Source of the DNA: Bugula neritina
Lineage: Eukaryota > Animalia > Bryozoa
Assembly: GCA_964035545.1 (NCBI GenBank)
Contig: OZ037767.1
Coordinates: 14,369,801-14,433,800 of the forward strand
Reading direction: 5' to 3'
DNA: 64,000 bases
In this document: positions 1 through 14,700 of the stretch, piece after piece
Position numbering within the stretch: position 1 is the stretch's first letter
Layout of the letters: every line of letters begins with the position of its first letter
Program-made: the position numbers and the translations under genes
Notes under the pieces: generated by a model
Told to the model about the DNA's origin: nothing
The model's input: the letters and a program-made list of their open reading frames with translations, nothing else
Database searches by the model: none

Positions 1-995
1 CAACCCCTAATGGAATTTGGTGTAAATATATCAGTTCTCAGCCAATCAAAAGTGGTTGTTTATGTCATCAGTGTAAATATAGCTATTGCTGCAGCTATTT
101 TTATTATTAAATTATTACTCACTTTGTATTCTAATTTTACAGAGAGTGTTTGAAGAGTCGAATTGTGGAGTAAAATACCTTATGATAATATTTCACAAGA
201 AGCAGGACTATTCATAGCTACTCCCTCTATTGTATAGTAGCATATTTATCCCCTTAGGGACATAAACCCAGTAGACTGCAAGTCTGTAACATGCTGAGCT
301 AACATAGGTTATACTGTATCCAGGTTTGACTAAATTATAATAGTTAAAATATTTGTCACTAGTTATTATAGTGGGAGTGTGGGGCATGAAAATTTCCTAA
401 AATACCGTTCCCAGCCCAAAATATAATCGGATTTTAGTACTTCAGAGCTCATTGAAGTTTTCTGTTAGCAAATTAATCAACTGAAGATGAGATACGCTGT
501 TTTAATTAAATAGAGGTGCCAATGTTACAAAAAAGAGGACTTTTAGATACTTTTAGATAATTAGCTTGATAGTTAATTAGTAGGAGAGTTGTCAAGTCTG
601 TGTGACACAAGTGCTACTTGAGGCCACTTGAGTCGACCTCAAGAGTCCTTTGGTGCCACACATAAACAACTTCTTTGTAGGCTGACAACAAAGCTGTTGG
701 CAGCGACAATTGAGGCTATTTTTAACACAACTCAGAGTGCTGTATTTAGAGTTACTGTGTCTATTATAAGCCTATTGATCTGAGGATTTGCATGTAAAGA
801 GAATTACGCTGAGTTTCTATGCTAAAAGTTTCAAAATGGACTCTACAGCTGTCTGTCTAACAAGTTCATTAATTAGTAGTTTATTAAATGTTTACAAGTG
901 CAAGTGTTGCGATTTATTAAAGAAATGAGAAAATATGTGTTGTAGCTGTCAATTAGCTGATACGAAAACACCTGATGGTGCGAAATTAAGCTTAC

Positions 996-1748
996 CTTGT
1001 GAGATTTAGAAATGGCCGCAGTTGCTTGCACGTCGTGGTTTAAATGTCGGTTTCCTTCTTGGATACACAAATAGCACACCGTTTCCTTGCATATCAGGCA
1101 GTACATTGTTAATGTCTCTTCTACGTGTTCCTTACATTTGGATTCTTTTTCTCGATTTCTAAGCCTGAGCACACTGCGGCCCTTAAGGGGGGTGACTAGG
1201 TTGTGTTGAACCAGGGGACCTCGTAACGGGTGGAACTCATCCTTACATTTGTCACAGTAAAACACCTCACATTGCTCGCACATGACAGTGGCCGACGCCT
1301 TGCTGTCGGAGAGACACATCTGACAAGGTGCTGTGAAGTGTTTGTCCGTCTGGAACTTATCCACGACAGCTTCCAATACTCGGTTCTTTGGAAGGGACGC
1401 TGCCCCCTCGTCGTTTAAGTAGGTGACTTTCTTGCAGCCATTCGTAGGACAGATAATGCACGTAGAGTCATTTATGGATGGTGTAGAGAGCAAGTCAGCG
1501 CGACTGGACGCCAAGTAGCTGTTGGGTCGGCTGCTGGCTGTGCTCATACTGACCCCGGAGTCAGCGTCTGAGTATAGACTCATCTTGTCAATGTCACATA
1601 GGTCAAGTCTGCTGCCGTTGTCAGAGGCAGCACTGATGTCGGTCTGAAGTCGCAGGGCGCAGGCCATACAGAGACTGTGGTAGCAGACTAAAGACACTGG
1701 GTTACTGTAGTATTTGGTGCAGGCAGGACAACGAAGTTCCGACTCCAT
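996..1748 (-). CDS. TRIM9: TRIM9/TRIM67-like E3 ligase, first coding exon (RING + two B-boxes); gene continues beyond the left edge
   Basis: RING CPAC..CYHSLCMAC..CPTNGC, family motif DKMSLYSDADSG..SRPNSY, B-box1 CQMC..CEQCEVFYCDKC..HP, B-box2 CKEH..CLIC..CYLC..H..H. Donor AAG|GTAAG at 996/995, so the ORF tail 873-995 is intron read-through. Acceptor TTTGTAG near 1783 implies an upstream non-coding exon. Confidence 0.9.
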
Positions 1749-2732
1749 TTTGCTGACTGTGCCTTCACCCTGATTGATCCTCTACAAACATTTGAATCCT
1801 CACTGAATATGGCTTACATAGCAACAACACTTTATCTTAACAACATAGTTATTATTAACTTAAACTGTAACCCATAATTTGCAAACACCAACACTAACAG
1901 CTTCTTTCCTGGATTAACAGCTACCTATTGGTGTCTGCCTTTTCAGCAAATATGAATTCAAATGATTGCAAAATATAATTATTGATTTTAGTCCTAGAGA
2001 TTTGATATTTTCATATTTTGTTCTAACTTCATTTTGATTTTCAAAATTTAAATTCAAATACAAATTGCAATATGAATAAAACACAATCGCACAATGACAA
2101 AGAATAAATTTTATACTTGTGCAAATTGAAATAGTAAGCAATTACAATGTGCACTTTTTCTATGATGCAGAAATTTATAGAAATACTCACTAGAATATTG
2201 ATGCACGAATACTAATGATAATTGCTGACGGTCACTATCACTAACAAAAGTTTGCCATGAGTTCCCTCCAACATTCGAAACTAAAATGAGGCAAGGATTA
2301 TGCAGGCCAAGATGTGCAAAATTTCTTCTATCCACTAATAGTATAGTGTTCAGAGACGCACGTGGTTTCGGTCCTTCAAATAGTGAAGCCCCGCCTATTG
2401 TATATTTATAGCCGCATTTGCACATAAGTAATAAAAAAGAAATTACTTTATTGCATTTATTAAACATAAAATAAAAAATTAATAAAAATAAAAGAAAGCA
2501 AATTTTGTTTTTTGAACTCAAAATGTGCTTTTCATATGATGTCAGTCTTCAAAATAAGCAAGCGTACCGCGAGTCAATTTATGATGTATTCGCTGGATAT
2601 CCGTTAAAATTGAAGTGGTTCAGGTGTTTCAGTTTGAAATTTGAAGTAATTCAAATGATTCAAGTTGTTGACCATTGAAGCTAATAATATAACTATTAAA
2701 CTTACAGTGCTGCAATATATATTTTTTTCAAA

Positions 2733-5700
2733 ATGTTTTCTACTAGCTCACAAAAACAAAATTGGATATTTTCAGATGAAAATGAAATATCGTCTCTTAA
2801 AGAAGAAGTCAATGCATCTTTTATCTCCGTCCATGGATCAGAAATTCCTGTAGGTTCCACTTCCAGTTTGAGTTTGACACTATCACTACGACTATAACTA
2901 TGTCTAACTCTAATAGCTATAGTAATAGTTATGCTTACTACATTATCTAGAGGGTAACAAGTAACAACTGACATGACGTTAATGTTTTTTTACTAAACAC
3001 TAAATCGGTGCTGCAAATTAAATTTAACTTGTTTTTATTATTTTTGAATTTAATTTTAGTATTATTCATAATTGAATACTGAAAGTGAAGGTCAAAGTGA
3101 ACTGAAATCTAAATCAACCATTAAATTCAATGATAATCATTAATATTTTGATTATGACAATTCAATCATCAATGGAGTTACTGTTACTGTTAGCAATAGT
3201 ATTAGTATTACTAGTAGTATTACATTTACTATTAGTGTTACTAATAGTCTTAGTCTATTATTGTTGGTATTAATATTGGAGTTGAAATTGAATCATGATA
3301 TTGAGTAGATATTGGTAGATATTGAGCAAGTGCAAGAGCAGGCTGTGAGATTTGTGGCAGGTATTAAAGGCAGGGGTGGCTCAGATGAGGCAAGATCTAG
3401 GCTTGGATTAACCCCCCCTGCAAAACAGGCGCAAAGACCTACGACTTAGTCTCTTGATGCGGATCCTGGCCAAAGAGGAATATCATCTTTCACTCTCAAA
3501 ATCGTATGAACACCTCATCGACCAGCCCACTACATCAGTTACCACCAGGTCCCAGTCAAATGGCATGCCCACCACTTTTAGAACTAACACCTCACTATTT
3601 CATGCCAGCTTCCTACCCAGAACAATACGTGATATGAAAATAACATCAAATGCTGCTCACAGACAGGACTCATAAGGCCCTGTACTGGCACCAAAGTCTT
3701 AAAACAGAACTGCACTTATGCGATAAAAGTATTAACTACATTTAATAATTCTGTTCACCAAACGAGGCACGTCGCTTACACTAATCTAGTGGTCTAACGT
3801 GATTGCATCTTCAAGTAAGTCAAGTATGATCATCTAATAGATGCAGTTAAATTCAAATTGAACTTCAAGTCGAATTCTTAAATTTAAAATTAATTGTATA
3901 ATTATGAATCATATTTTTGTCAAAGGCACCTGTTCATGGCAATTATATGGTCATAATTAATATCATAATGATGATGATGGTTCCTGGTTAGTAAGGCTAC
4001 AAATGAATTGGAGTTATAATATGATTACTACAAGTTTATGATAATATCAATATGAATATGATAATGCTAATTAGGGATTAAAGGCCTGGCCACACACTTG
4101 TGAGAATCACACAAAATTCGTGTGAATATTGTCTTGAGTTATCGTCTCGTTATAACCAGCCACACGTTCCTCAGACGAAACACATAATAAATAGTCTGTG
4201 AGCGAGTCTTGCACGACCCAGTCTTCCAAGTGGAGACAAAATTTGATTCCAATCTTGATCGCTATTATTCAGATTTAAGTTCCATTTTAAAATTTAAAGT
4301 CCTTGTATGCATAAGAGCTCAGTTTTATTTTCAATAAAATAACTTATAAAAAAACTAACGGAGGTTTATAGTCGATATCCCTGTGACAAACCCCTGATGA
4401 AAAGGGTTTTTGTTAAATCGGGTAAGGACTTATTAAAATGAGGCACAGGAGCAATTATGACTGGAGGCTCTTCCTAACATCACTAATGGCCTTTGTCTGG
4501 GCTCAACTCCATGGCCCTATGTTTACTAGGCAAACGCTTTAACCCCTAGATCACGGCTACTCCCTTATAAAGTTTACTTTAAAAATAAACACTTCTGAAT
4601 GTGAATTTTGTGTTTGCTGGCTTATTTTAGCTTCTGGTTCAAAATTGAGTTGACTATAAAATTTTACACTCACACAAATTATGTTTATAGGCACTTTCTC
4701 AATATTTTTGAGCTGCCATTGCGAGGTTAAAGTTCAAAGTGAGAAGAATATTTTTAACTATGTTTGAGCTTCGGAGAAGTCTAATGGATAAACTTGAAAC
4801 TACAGTTTACTTGAGAGAGAGAGAGAGAGAGGGAGGGAGGGAGGGAGGGAGGGAGGGAGAGAGAAAGAGAGATAGATAGAGAGAGAGGGGGAGAGGGAGA
4901 GGGAGAGGGAGAGGGAGAGGGAGAGAGTTGACTTTTTTCTACAAGGTCTAGAACAGTATTTATAGCTATTTGGAGCATGAATAATAATTAGCAGCAACTG
5001 ATTTTTTTCCTGTTGAATCGTAAAATTTTTTGAATTCAGCTATTGTTAATAATACTTTAACTAGAAACCTTTCAATTATGCTTTTTTATAACTTTCTTTG
5101 TGACATCAAATTCAGTACTACTTTCAGCATTTTTTCAACACTTAACATTCTCATGGTGTCCAATCAAATTTTATTTAACAAAATCATTAAGCCTAATAAA
5201 CAGCAAAACATCAACCAAAATAATCATAAGTTTCCCTATCTTGTCTCATAATAAGTTCATTAGGAGGTAAGCTTAATACTTCTAGTAAAAATTTAGCAGT
5301 ATTTTCACTTCAGTCTGTAATAAGCTGTATATAGCACAATTGATGCCTTATGCAAGATTCTATTCACTACGACAATATAGTAGTAATGTCCCACAGTTGA
5401 GTGATATAATAATATCACTTTTTAGTAGCTGCATATAATTCAGTAATATAGTAATATGACTGTGTAGTAGCTGCATATAATTCAGTAATATAGTAATATA
5501 ACTTTGTATCTGTGGCTTACAGTGAAAAGAATTTGATTATGCAGATTCATGGATTTTTTTCATTAACTTGAAGGATTTAAAACATCTAATCTGTGAATTT
5601 AGCAAAAACTTTTTAAGCAAAAGTATTTAATCCTCTTTCACCATAGGAGTAACGCGTTGTTTCTTGTGATTTGATAGAAAGACTCTTCAGAGTTTTTACT

Positions 5701-8700
5701 CATGAAATGTATCTGTGAAACTTATAGTATTGATTGATTGAATATAAAAGACGGTTTTGCAAAAATTCAATGATTAGATTGCAGAGTTGTTTAATGAGGT
5801 AATGTCACTGCAGCTCAAGTTTACTGCTCACTGGGAGAACAATTGTTCTTGTTTTTTGGTTGCATGGCTGCTTCTAGACTAATTATATATTATGAAAGCT
5901 GTAGCTCCTGGACAACCCTTTATTAAATTAGATTTTATTCTGTTAATGTTTTTGGGTTTAGTACTATTATGCATAGCTTTAGTACTAGTGAAGACCTAAT
6001 ATCTTATGCAATTATGAAACTAAGCAGTGATCTGTTGGAAGGTATCAAATTAGATTATAATAATAAGTGGTATTGAAAATAATATTGGCAGTCAGGAGTT
6101 TAAATTCTTGGCATCAACGATATACGCAATACAACCTTACTTCAAATAAACATAGTATATTACCAGCTGTCCTAATAATATTATTGCTGGTGCTAAGATA
6201 TGAAATCAGATATAACAAAAATATTAAAGAAGTCAGTGTAACAGGATGAACCGTAATTGATCTTGGGACAGTTTAATATGTTTTTACTGCAGCTGAAGCA
6301 AATGTCATCTTTCAGTTTTTTAACCTACCAGCAGGGGAGTGTTAGGGTTCTATACTTGAAAAGCTGGCAGCTCCTATATTGCTTCAACATAAAGATGATA
6401 GTTGTGACTTTGATATAGGAATATATGCAGGTACGAGTTTGTGAAGAGACCCAATCTACTAGATTTTAAGTCGGTCGTACTGCAACGCCCAGTTCTTGGG
6501 TTGTAAACAAAGTGTTCACTTGCGAAAGACTTGATAGAGTTTAGTTGACTTGGTAACCCTTTGATGCAAGTTTACAAAGATTTTGCCTTCAATTAGACAA
6601 CTAATATGATGCTCAAAGAATAAGTTTATCTAAAGTGATGGTATCTGAATTCGAAATCCTCTCTTCTATGGAAGCCTAACTATATTTTCTATTATAGTTA
6701 ACACTAGTGTTTTGTTTTCTGTCATTTCTATAGTGTCAAAATTATAAGTATTATTATTTAAATTGGTTATATCTTTAAATTCAGGGCATTTCCTTTCATT
6801 CAGTCATCAAAAGAAATAGTGTGAACTACTTTTAGTACTTATTAAATAAAACTTAGAACATTTAAAGTGTCAGGTAAATAATTTAATTAACAAAGCTCAA
6901 GCTTTTCGTGCTACTGCTGTTCACTTAATGACTTGAAACTTTGTCACTTGAATATTCTTCAACCTTATTTTAAAAGTAAAGTTATTTGAAGGGTCATTGA
7001 TAATGAGAGGGGTGGGGGTTATTGAGTAAGTGTAACGAGCATGGGGGACTTCAGGCGATACCAGTAGCATCTACGTCTGTCATATGAGGATTCTATTATT
7101 AAGTTGTTTGTCTGCACCTTGTAGGAGCATGCTCAGAGCACACATTTCATCACAGTGGCCGAACAGGACATGGTGGTGAGACACTGTGAACTGGCTCTAA
7201 AAGCTTTCTGTAAATCCTTCAAACCTGCAATGCCACCCAACGTCATGGTGTGTATAATTTACTAACTGGTGGGGTTGACTCAATACAACCCGCTGTCTTT
7301 CTCCTGGAACTCATGCTAATATGTGTTTATAGTGTAGTTTGTCTAGGCCAGTAGACAAGATAAAAAAGTGGTACAGCCATATGAGTAACACCTCTGGTGG
7401 TAAACATACTGCCTGTATATTGGAAGTGTTTTTGATGGAAGCTACCCAAGTTGAACTTTCAACAAGCACCAGTATATAAATGAACTGTAACAGGGTTATA
7501 GGTTGATTTTTACATCTCATCTTTTTCAGTCTGACTGTAATTTATTTGACATCCAATACCAGGGATGCAATAACCACTAAAAGGAACCTCCGGTCAACTC
7601 TATTTGAAAATGTATGGGAAAAAATATTTGAATATTTTGTGGTTCATACAAATTGTGTCTGATGTGTTTTCAAAGTCTCCCAAATTCTGAACAAAATGAA
7701 GTTTATAAAGCTTAAATTTTTTTATTTTTTTATTTCACCTTCCAATTTTATAGTTCCAGTAAGTATTTAGTTTCACTAAAATGCGGGTAGTCCTACTTAC
7801 TGCCCTTTTTGGTCGATTGGCCCCTATCTTGATATAATACTCTGAATTACCTGCATCAGGTATAATATTTTCTCTACTAATAGTTGGAGCAGCTACCAAA
7901 ATGCAAATATTAGCCACTAAAATCCTTCAAACCCTTTCAGATATTGTAATAAAACTTTACAGTCTATTGTTATTACTTTGCTACTGTTTTGATAGGCCAT
8001 AGCAATAATATACCTGAAGAGAGTATATCTCAAATACTCCATAATGGACTACCACCCCAAAGACATCATGTAAGTTTAAAACCCCTATGGCCCCAGTTTT
8101 GTTGTTTTAGACATAGTATAATAATATTTTCAAAATTCTTTGTCTTATGATGATTTGTTTTACATTTCAACTTGCTGTTTGATCTTTTACCTGCTGCTCT
8201 CAGAAAGAAAGACTCAGCTAATAAGATTTGAGTTTCTAAGGTTATCAAATATTGATCAAGCAAGTAATAATAGACTGATGGCTGTGTATATAATATTAGT
8301 ACAGCCTTCTGACCTAACATCTATCTGATGGGTGATGATTGCAGGTGGTGACAGCAATGGCTGTCTATCTCATTATACTGCTGCTTTATTTCTTTTCATG
8401 AATTTATGTCTCTGATTTTGAAATACTCAAATTAGGTCTTTTGTAAGCAGAGCAGAAGTAGTCTAGTTGCTTAGTAAACACAAGTTTAGGGGTTTGAATC
8501 CCAGTAAAGGCCATTAGTGATGTTAGGAAGGGCATTCAGATCAGGGGTTCTCAGGGTGGGGGTGGAAACTTTAAACTAACTGAGAGGGGAATCTTTTGAA
8601 AACACATTTCTATGGTGTTTGTTTCAACCAACATTAGGCGTAATTCCATTTAGATTTTCTGCAATCCACTTTTTTTGCGGAATAAACTATTTTTCTGCAT

Positions 8701-11700
8701 TGTTGCATAGCTCTAATCCTATCTGCAAATCTACAAGATTAATGGAATGGAATTTGTTGCAATAGAAATACAAGATCTTCTAAAAGTGGAATTTGTCACG
8801 TAATTAGTTTAGAGACACCTGCATAGAGATGTCACACTGTTACGGCTCATAAACTTTAGCATGTCATAGGATTTACCAGGTAGTTGAGTCTATTCATTAG
8901 AGATACCTTAATACTAGAATTTATCACTTTCAATGTGAACAGCTAAAAAGGATATGATATAAAACTAGTTCACATTTAGGAGCAGTAGTAGAGAAATTGA
9001 GATAGCCTAAGTTCTTCAGTTTTATTATTAAATTTTGGTTTAGGGTGCGGGTTGAAATTATCTCATGACTTCTTATGCTACATTTCTCATCTAGAACACA
9101 GGCTTTTCTCTATTTCTTCTTTACTGCACCTACCTAACGAATCACTCAATAGCAGCAGTGACATCACTTTGAGCTGTAGTCCTAACCGGCCATTTACTAC
9201 TATTGCCTCTGTACCAGATTGTGTCCAAGTCAAGGAGGGGGGTCTGTAGTAAGTCCGCCTAGCGTCTCTATAGGACTCTGTAAATAAATACTAGACTACA
9301 GATAGCGGAATAAAGTTTTAGTTTGAGTTTTCTAAGATGCATTTTCTGGGCTGTTGATTGGACAATTGTGCTGACTCTTTGTGACAGGCACTCATGTGTT
9401 ATATATGACTCAGATAGTTTGTATTTTCTCTTCTGTCAGTTTCTCTTCATTTGTCCTTCACCTTGTTTACTGATTTAATAACCATGGTAGTTGTGGACTT
9501 AATAAGAAATAAGATTGTCAGACTGGAACAGGGTTCAAAGCATCTAAATAAAAAGCAATAATATCACAGTGATAGGATATTTATACATTTACTATCTTTA
9601 AAATACATGGTAGCTCACTGGTTTATCATCTTATCTCCAGTCTTTTGACTTGAAAAGGGATAGTCTGGCCAATGAAGAGATAGGAAAAGACGCCGAAACC
9701 ATTAATGCGGTTGAAATGATGGTGTAATTGCATCTATGTAAATAAAATCTAGGCAAACTCGGCTATTCTTGGTCAAAGATAACGTAACTTACAATGTTTG
9801 CGCTCCTGTTAATTCACTGTTGCTATTTACTTCAAGATAACAATCTTTTTCTGGAACAAAGATCGACTTCAAACGTAAATATATTTTCACAACTCAAGTT
9901 ATTGATTTCTTTTGCGTGTAAATCTAAAGCCAAGAAGTAACTGGATATGAAGTTGTGTAACAAATTATGGATTTATTTGTTAAAAATGTAAGGCAAAACT
10001 TCTTGAATGAAGATAAATTAGAAAAAGGAATACATGAAAACTACACCAAGAAAAAAGACAAAACAAAATTGCATGAAACAAAAATATATTGGATAAGAAG
10101 TAGGCGAGCAAAAGTGCTAATGGATACATTTTTAGTTGGCTAGTAAAATTATTCTGTGATTCGCATCTCCACGTATATTCAACAGCGCAATAGAAAGCTT
10201 AGTTCATTACGTCAACACAAATATTATTTCCAACTCTACTATTTTAGTAGGAGGGTGTTGATTAGGTGACAAATACACCAGGATTTTACAGCTAAGTTTG
10301 TGGTTAAAGTGACAGCTAGGCATTGTCATCAGGGCTGGTTACGGGTACACTATAGGATATCCAAAATATTATTTACAACTTATTCATTGGAAGAGAATAA
10401 TTAATCCAGGGATTCCCACATAACTATAGTGGTAGTTGAATTATGTTAATATCATAATAATACTAATGACATTACAACATGAATAACAATGCGTAAAAAC
10501 ATTAGAATCTGAACTTTGTGCCAATGTGTGGGCATCACATGATGCAAATGTTGATCTATCTTTATCCATGTTGGACACGTTTATATTTCATAACCCACCC
10601 AGTTGTGTAATAAGTAGGGGGGGCAATTCCCAGTTTCCCTTTTTCTCTTTCTGGTTAAATAGCCCCGAGAATATTGTGCGTCGACATATGGCTTCATTAT
10701 CGGCTAATAGAATGACATTTTAAGATGCTTACAAGGTGTTGGTAATACTCTCTTTAGATGTATGCTGCGTTCATGATATTATCTCTAGAAATCTGCTTAA
10801 ATTTATAAGTAGGTGATGGTTTAAGCCTTAAGGAGAGGAAGAACTTAGACCCAAAGTTTTTACACTGTTTCTATATAAATTTTGCACGCTTAGCAGTTCA
10901 ATAACAATAAGCTGCATTTGAAAAGATCATAAATAATATTTACTTTGTTTTACGAGTGCTACAACATGAAATGTACTAAACATACAGTATTTCCTACTCA
11001 ATCAAAATTTTGAGTACAAAGATAATTGCAACTTCCCAATTAGCTAATAAAACTTATTTTCTTCCAAAAATGTTATTTTTGCTTAAATGAAATTTATTGA
11101 GCATAAAGAGACAATTAGTTAAACAAACTGACTAATAGGGCACACTTCTACACAAGCACCTGCCAATGGTGTCAGCCAATCAGCTTCCTGGTTTATTTGC
11201 TATCAGCCATTAAGAAATCAGATAAGAAAGGCCATTTGCTGGTGACACACTGGTATCTCAGTAGTCTATCATTATACGCATAATTTGGTGCCAGCTATTA
11301 GTTTACAAGGTTAGTTTCAAGTGCCGAGCCCCTCTCTCGCAACTCCTTCAAGCAGCCACTTGATCTCTTCTCAACTACTTACTATGTTGTGGTTCAATTA
11401 TACCTTTCACTTTCTAATTCATAGTAAAGCTTGCTTTCTCTTTGGCAAAGTGGGTGCAGCTAATAATTGTATCAAGGATTAACAGGGAAGCTTTAGTTAA
11501 TGTTTCTTTAATCGTAATCAAGAATAACAGCTACTAGCTAGAACTTTGGCTATTTTTTGGTAAATTAGGAGGGGGGCTGCTGCTTGTCCTACGAACTTTT
11601 TGGTACAACTAAGTACTAATCTTATCAATTTAGCTTCATATGTACTTTACCAGATTTTTGTCATCTATTATACGCTAATAAACCAACTGCACACCCTGAC

Positions 11701-14700
11701 CAATTTCGGCTGAACCTCTTATATTTCTACCTCCAGCAACAGTGTTACTAGCTGGTGATATTTTTTCTTTTCCATTTTGCTTCTCTTTTATACTCATAGT
11801 CAAAATACAACTTCTTGGGCAAGTTTTATGCACTGAGATCATAAGTATGAATAATGTCTGTTGCATCAGATAACAGCTATTGTTTTCTGGTGGCATGTGG
11901 CAGTCACATGGCAATGAAGTCAGCTGATCTGTGGGTAGATCTGCCAACATAGAGTGCTGCCTGGACAGACAGCTATCCTAGAACTGGAGCATTATTTCAC
12001 CACTTTGCCGCCTTAAATAGATAACTATTTATACTTTTTGTACTCCGTTATCTTCAGCTCCACTTTGATGTCGGCCATATTTATTTTGTATGAATAACGC
12101 TCACGCAAGCATGGGTATTTGTTCCTAATTGGGCAAGTTGACAAGGATGATATCATCTTGGAAGACAGTACTCGGTGTATTTCGTAAAACAAACTTCGTT
12201 TATCATTGCTACACTAAGTTTGGTCAGCATTTATTTTTAGTTCAACTCTAATTTTCGACATCAATTATTTTCTAATTTTTCTAGATTATTTATAAACTTT
12301 CTTTGATTCTGGCGCTTACTAGCAGCTTTTTATAGATTTTGTTTTAATTTTTAAATATTCAAATCTAAAGGAGAAGTCGCTATATGATAAATAATAGATT
12401 TGCTACCAGTTCTGGCGTCATTTTTAGTAACAGCTAAAAGTGAAATTTTTCTATTTAGAATTGTAGAAGTTGTCTGCTTTTGTGATAAATTTCAGTGTTT
12501 GCAATGTAAAGTTAATTAGCTGGTGAAAGACAATCATCTGGCTATGCAATCACCTGCTGAAGTGTGTCGCCATGTCAATGCCTAAAATATCACCTGCTCG
12601 AGTGTGTCGCCATGTCAACAGACTCATCAAAGTAAACAATACAACTCAGCCGTAATCATCTCATCCCTGGTCTACTATTACTGTAGATGCCATCTATATT
12701 ACTATCTCTTGAACACATAGCCGCGCATCTCAAGGATCTAGCTAGCTGACATCCAATATATACATCGACTGGGATAGCTAGGCAGTCAATCTCCTGTCTA
12801 CTCTATCTATTAGTCTCCACCAGGGGGTGTCCCGGCAGCTGCTCTCTTCAGCTGACTTCGGCCACTTAGGTTGGGTGTATAAGGGCTGGTACAGCTTTTA
12901 ATCACAACACTTTCAGCTACAAATATTGTCATCACCGACAGCCTTGTCAAAGCAAAATTAAAATATTTCAGTTTTTCATGATAGATGCCATTAGTTTAAT
13001 TTTCATTACATTTTCCGGCAAATTTTAGGATAATTTCTAACAAATCTGGTCATATTGTTGACGTTCTAATTTTTTGCTTTTGAGGGAAGAACAACAATAA
13101 AATATCTCTTTTGAAAATGCTGATTTAGAAGTTTAGAGTCTAGAGTTTAGAGACTAATGATGAAATATGCACAGCCTATTGCAAAACTAATTACACTGAA
13201 ACAGCTTGCCTGTCTCCAACTTTGTCATATATACAATATAATAATTCAATATCTCATTCTATGTGGCTTTTACTAGTGTGTAAATCTCTTTAATTAAAAT
13301 ATTGTTTATGCCAGCCAGTCTGTGACGTCAAAAATAATTAATATTTTAATGATGTGTTTTTAGTAGTTGTGTTGTGAAGATGTTGTGTCAGGGTTGATGT
13401 ATGGAAAAGATGAATTATTTCCCATTGCATTTGCTTGCCACGCCATTACTACAGATTACATCGGTTTAATACTTCCCTTTTCATGTTTTCATTCTATTTA
13501 CCTTTACGTAATCAAATGCCACCTTTCCCTGGTTGACACCAGCTAACCAGTGCAAACGTATATCAACATTTACGTGTAAAGTCACGATGTGTAGCTGTAG
13601 TAAGATAGGCCTGCCTAATTCACTGTTAGACAATGACTAAAATATTAAACCATCTTAAAATGTTATTTCTGCAACTCAATTAACCATGAGAGTAACTTTT
13701 GTGAGTTAATTAGGGCCTCCTTCACATGGAAATGGAGTGGATTTGCTTTTCATTGGCCCACTACTACTTATGCCAGGTTATAGCAGCTGTTCGGGCTTCT
13801 ACTAAGCATAGGCTAATGTTTTATTGCATTTAAATACTAGAAAGAAGTTTTTTTTTAAACTTTCATCATAGCTGAGTGACAAATAGTGGCCATCTACTCT
13901 TGAAATAAAGCTGATGACTCTAATTTATATTTTGATAAAATTGATTGATACAATTTTATGCAGATTGTAACGAATCAAGCAGATATATTTATCAAAGTAA
14001 AAATTGTTTTTTAAAATTAAAAAACTGTTAATTTATAATTATAATGTGTTTATTGAAAATACTAAAAGCTTAAAATAGTACAAAATTTCATCGTTTGAAA
14101 AGTTTTCTGACACTCAACTGCTATTACACAGAATTACCTGCTGATATATCCATGTATTACACAGAATTACCTGCTGATATATCCATGTATTACACAGAAT
14201 TACCTGCTGATATATCCATGTATTACACAGAACCACCTGCTGATATATCCATGTATTACACAGAACTACCTGCTGATATATTCATGTATTACACAGAACC
14301 ACCTGCGCCTACCTGGCATGCAAGGTAGACGAGTTCAACGTGTCACTGAAGGAGTTTGTTGGGAACCTCAAGAAGGACAGAGGGAAAGTCTCCGATCAGA
14401 TCCTCTGGTTCGAGCTGACGCTGATGCAAATGCTGAACTTTAACCTTACAGTGCACACTGCGTATCGCCCTCTAGAGGGTCTATTCATCAACCTCAAGGT
14501 AAGTCTGTCTGTTCCTCAATTTTATTGTGTCTGGGGATGATTTTTGTTAGTAGTTGTTTTCTCTATATATTTAAACCATTTCCAGTTTTGTTCTTTGCTG
14601 ATTTTTTGTTCATGTTTTGAGTTCATCACTAATGACAGAGGGCACTTGTAAAAACCAAATCATTTCTAGTCTGGTGTGATATAAAATGATTGTAGATTTA

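Noticed and set aside
4390-4420. CTGATGA in a SINE copy as a second hammerhead core
   Set aside because: No stem II followed by GAAA; it is the loop of the SINE tail hairpin and is not conserved in other copies.
8328-8418. Possible C/D snoRNA (GTGATGA..CTGA) in CCNH intron 3
   Set aside because: No terminal stem and no recognisable rRNA guide; such boxes occur by chance.
12540-12960. Possible solo LTR with a short direct duplication
   Set aside because: No TG..CA ends with TSD identified and no second copy in the window.
11200-13810. Possible decayed transposase fragments (e.g. GLLHMEM near 13715, short ORFs at 11675-12080)
   Set aside because: Many stops, fragments on opposite strands, no termini found; needs tBLASTx/HMM support.
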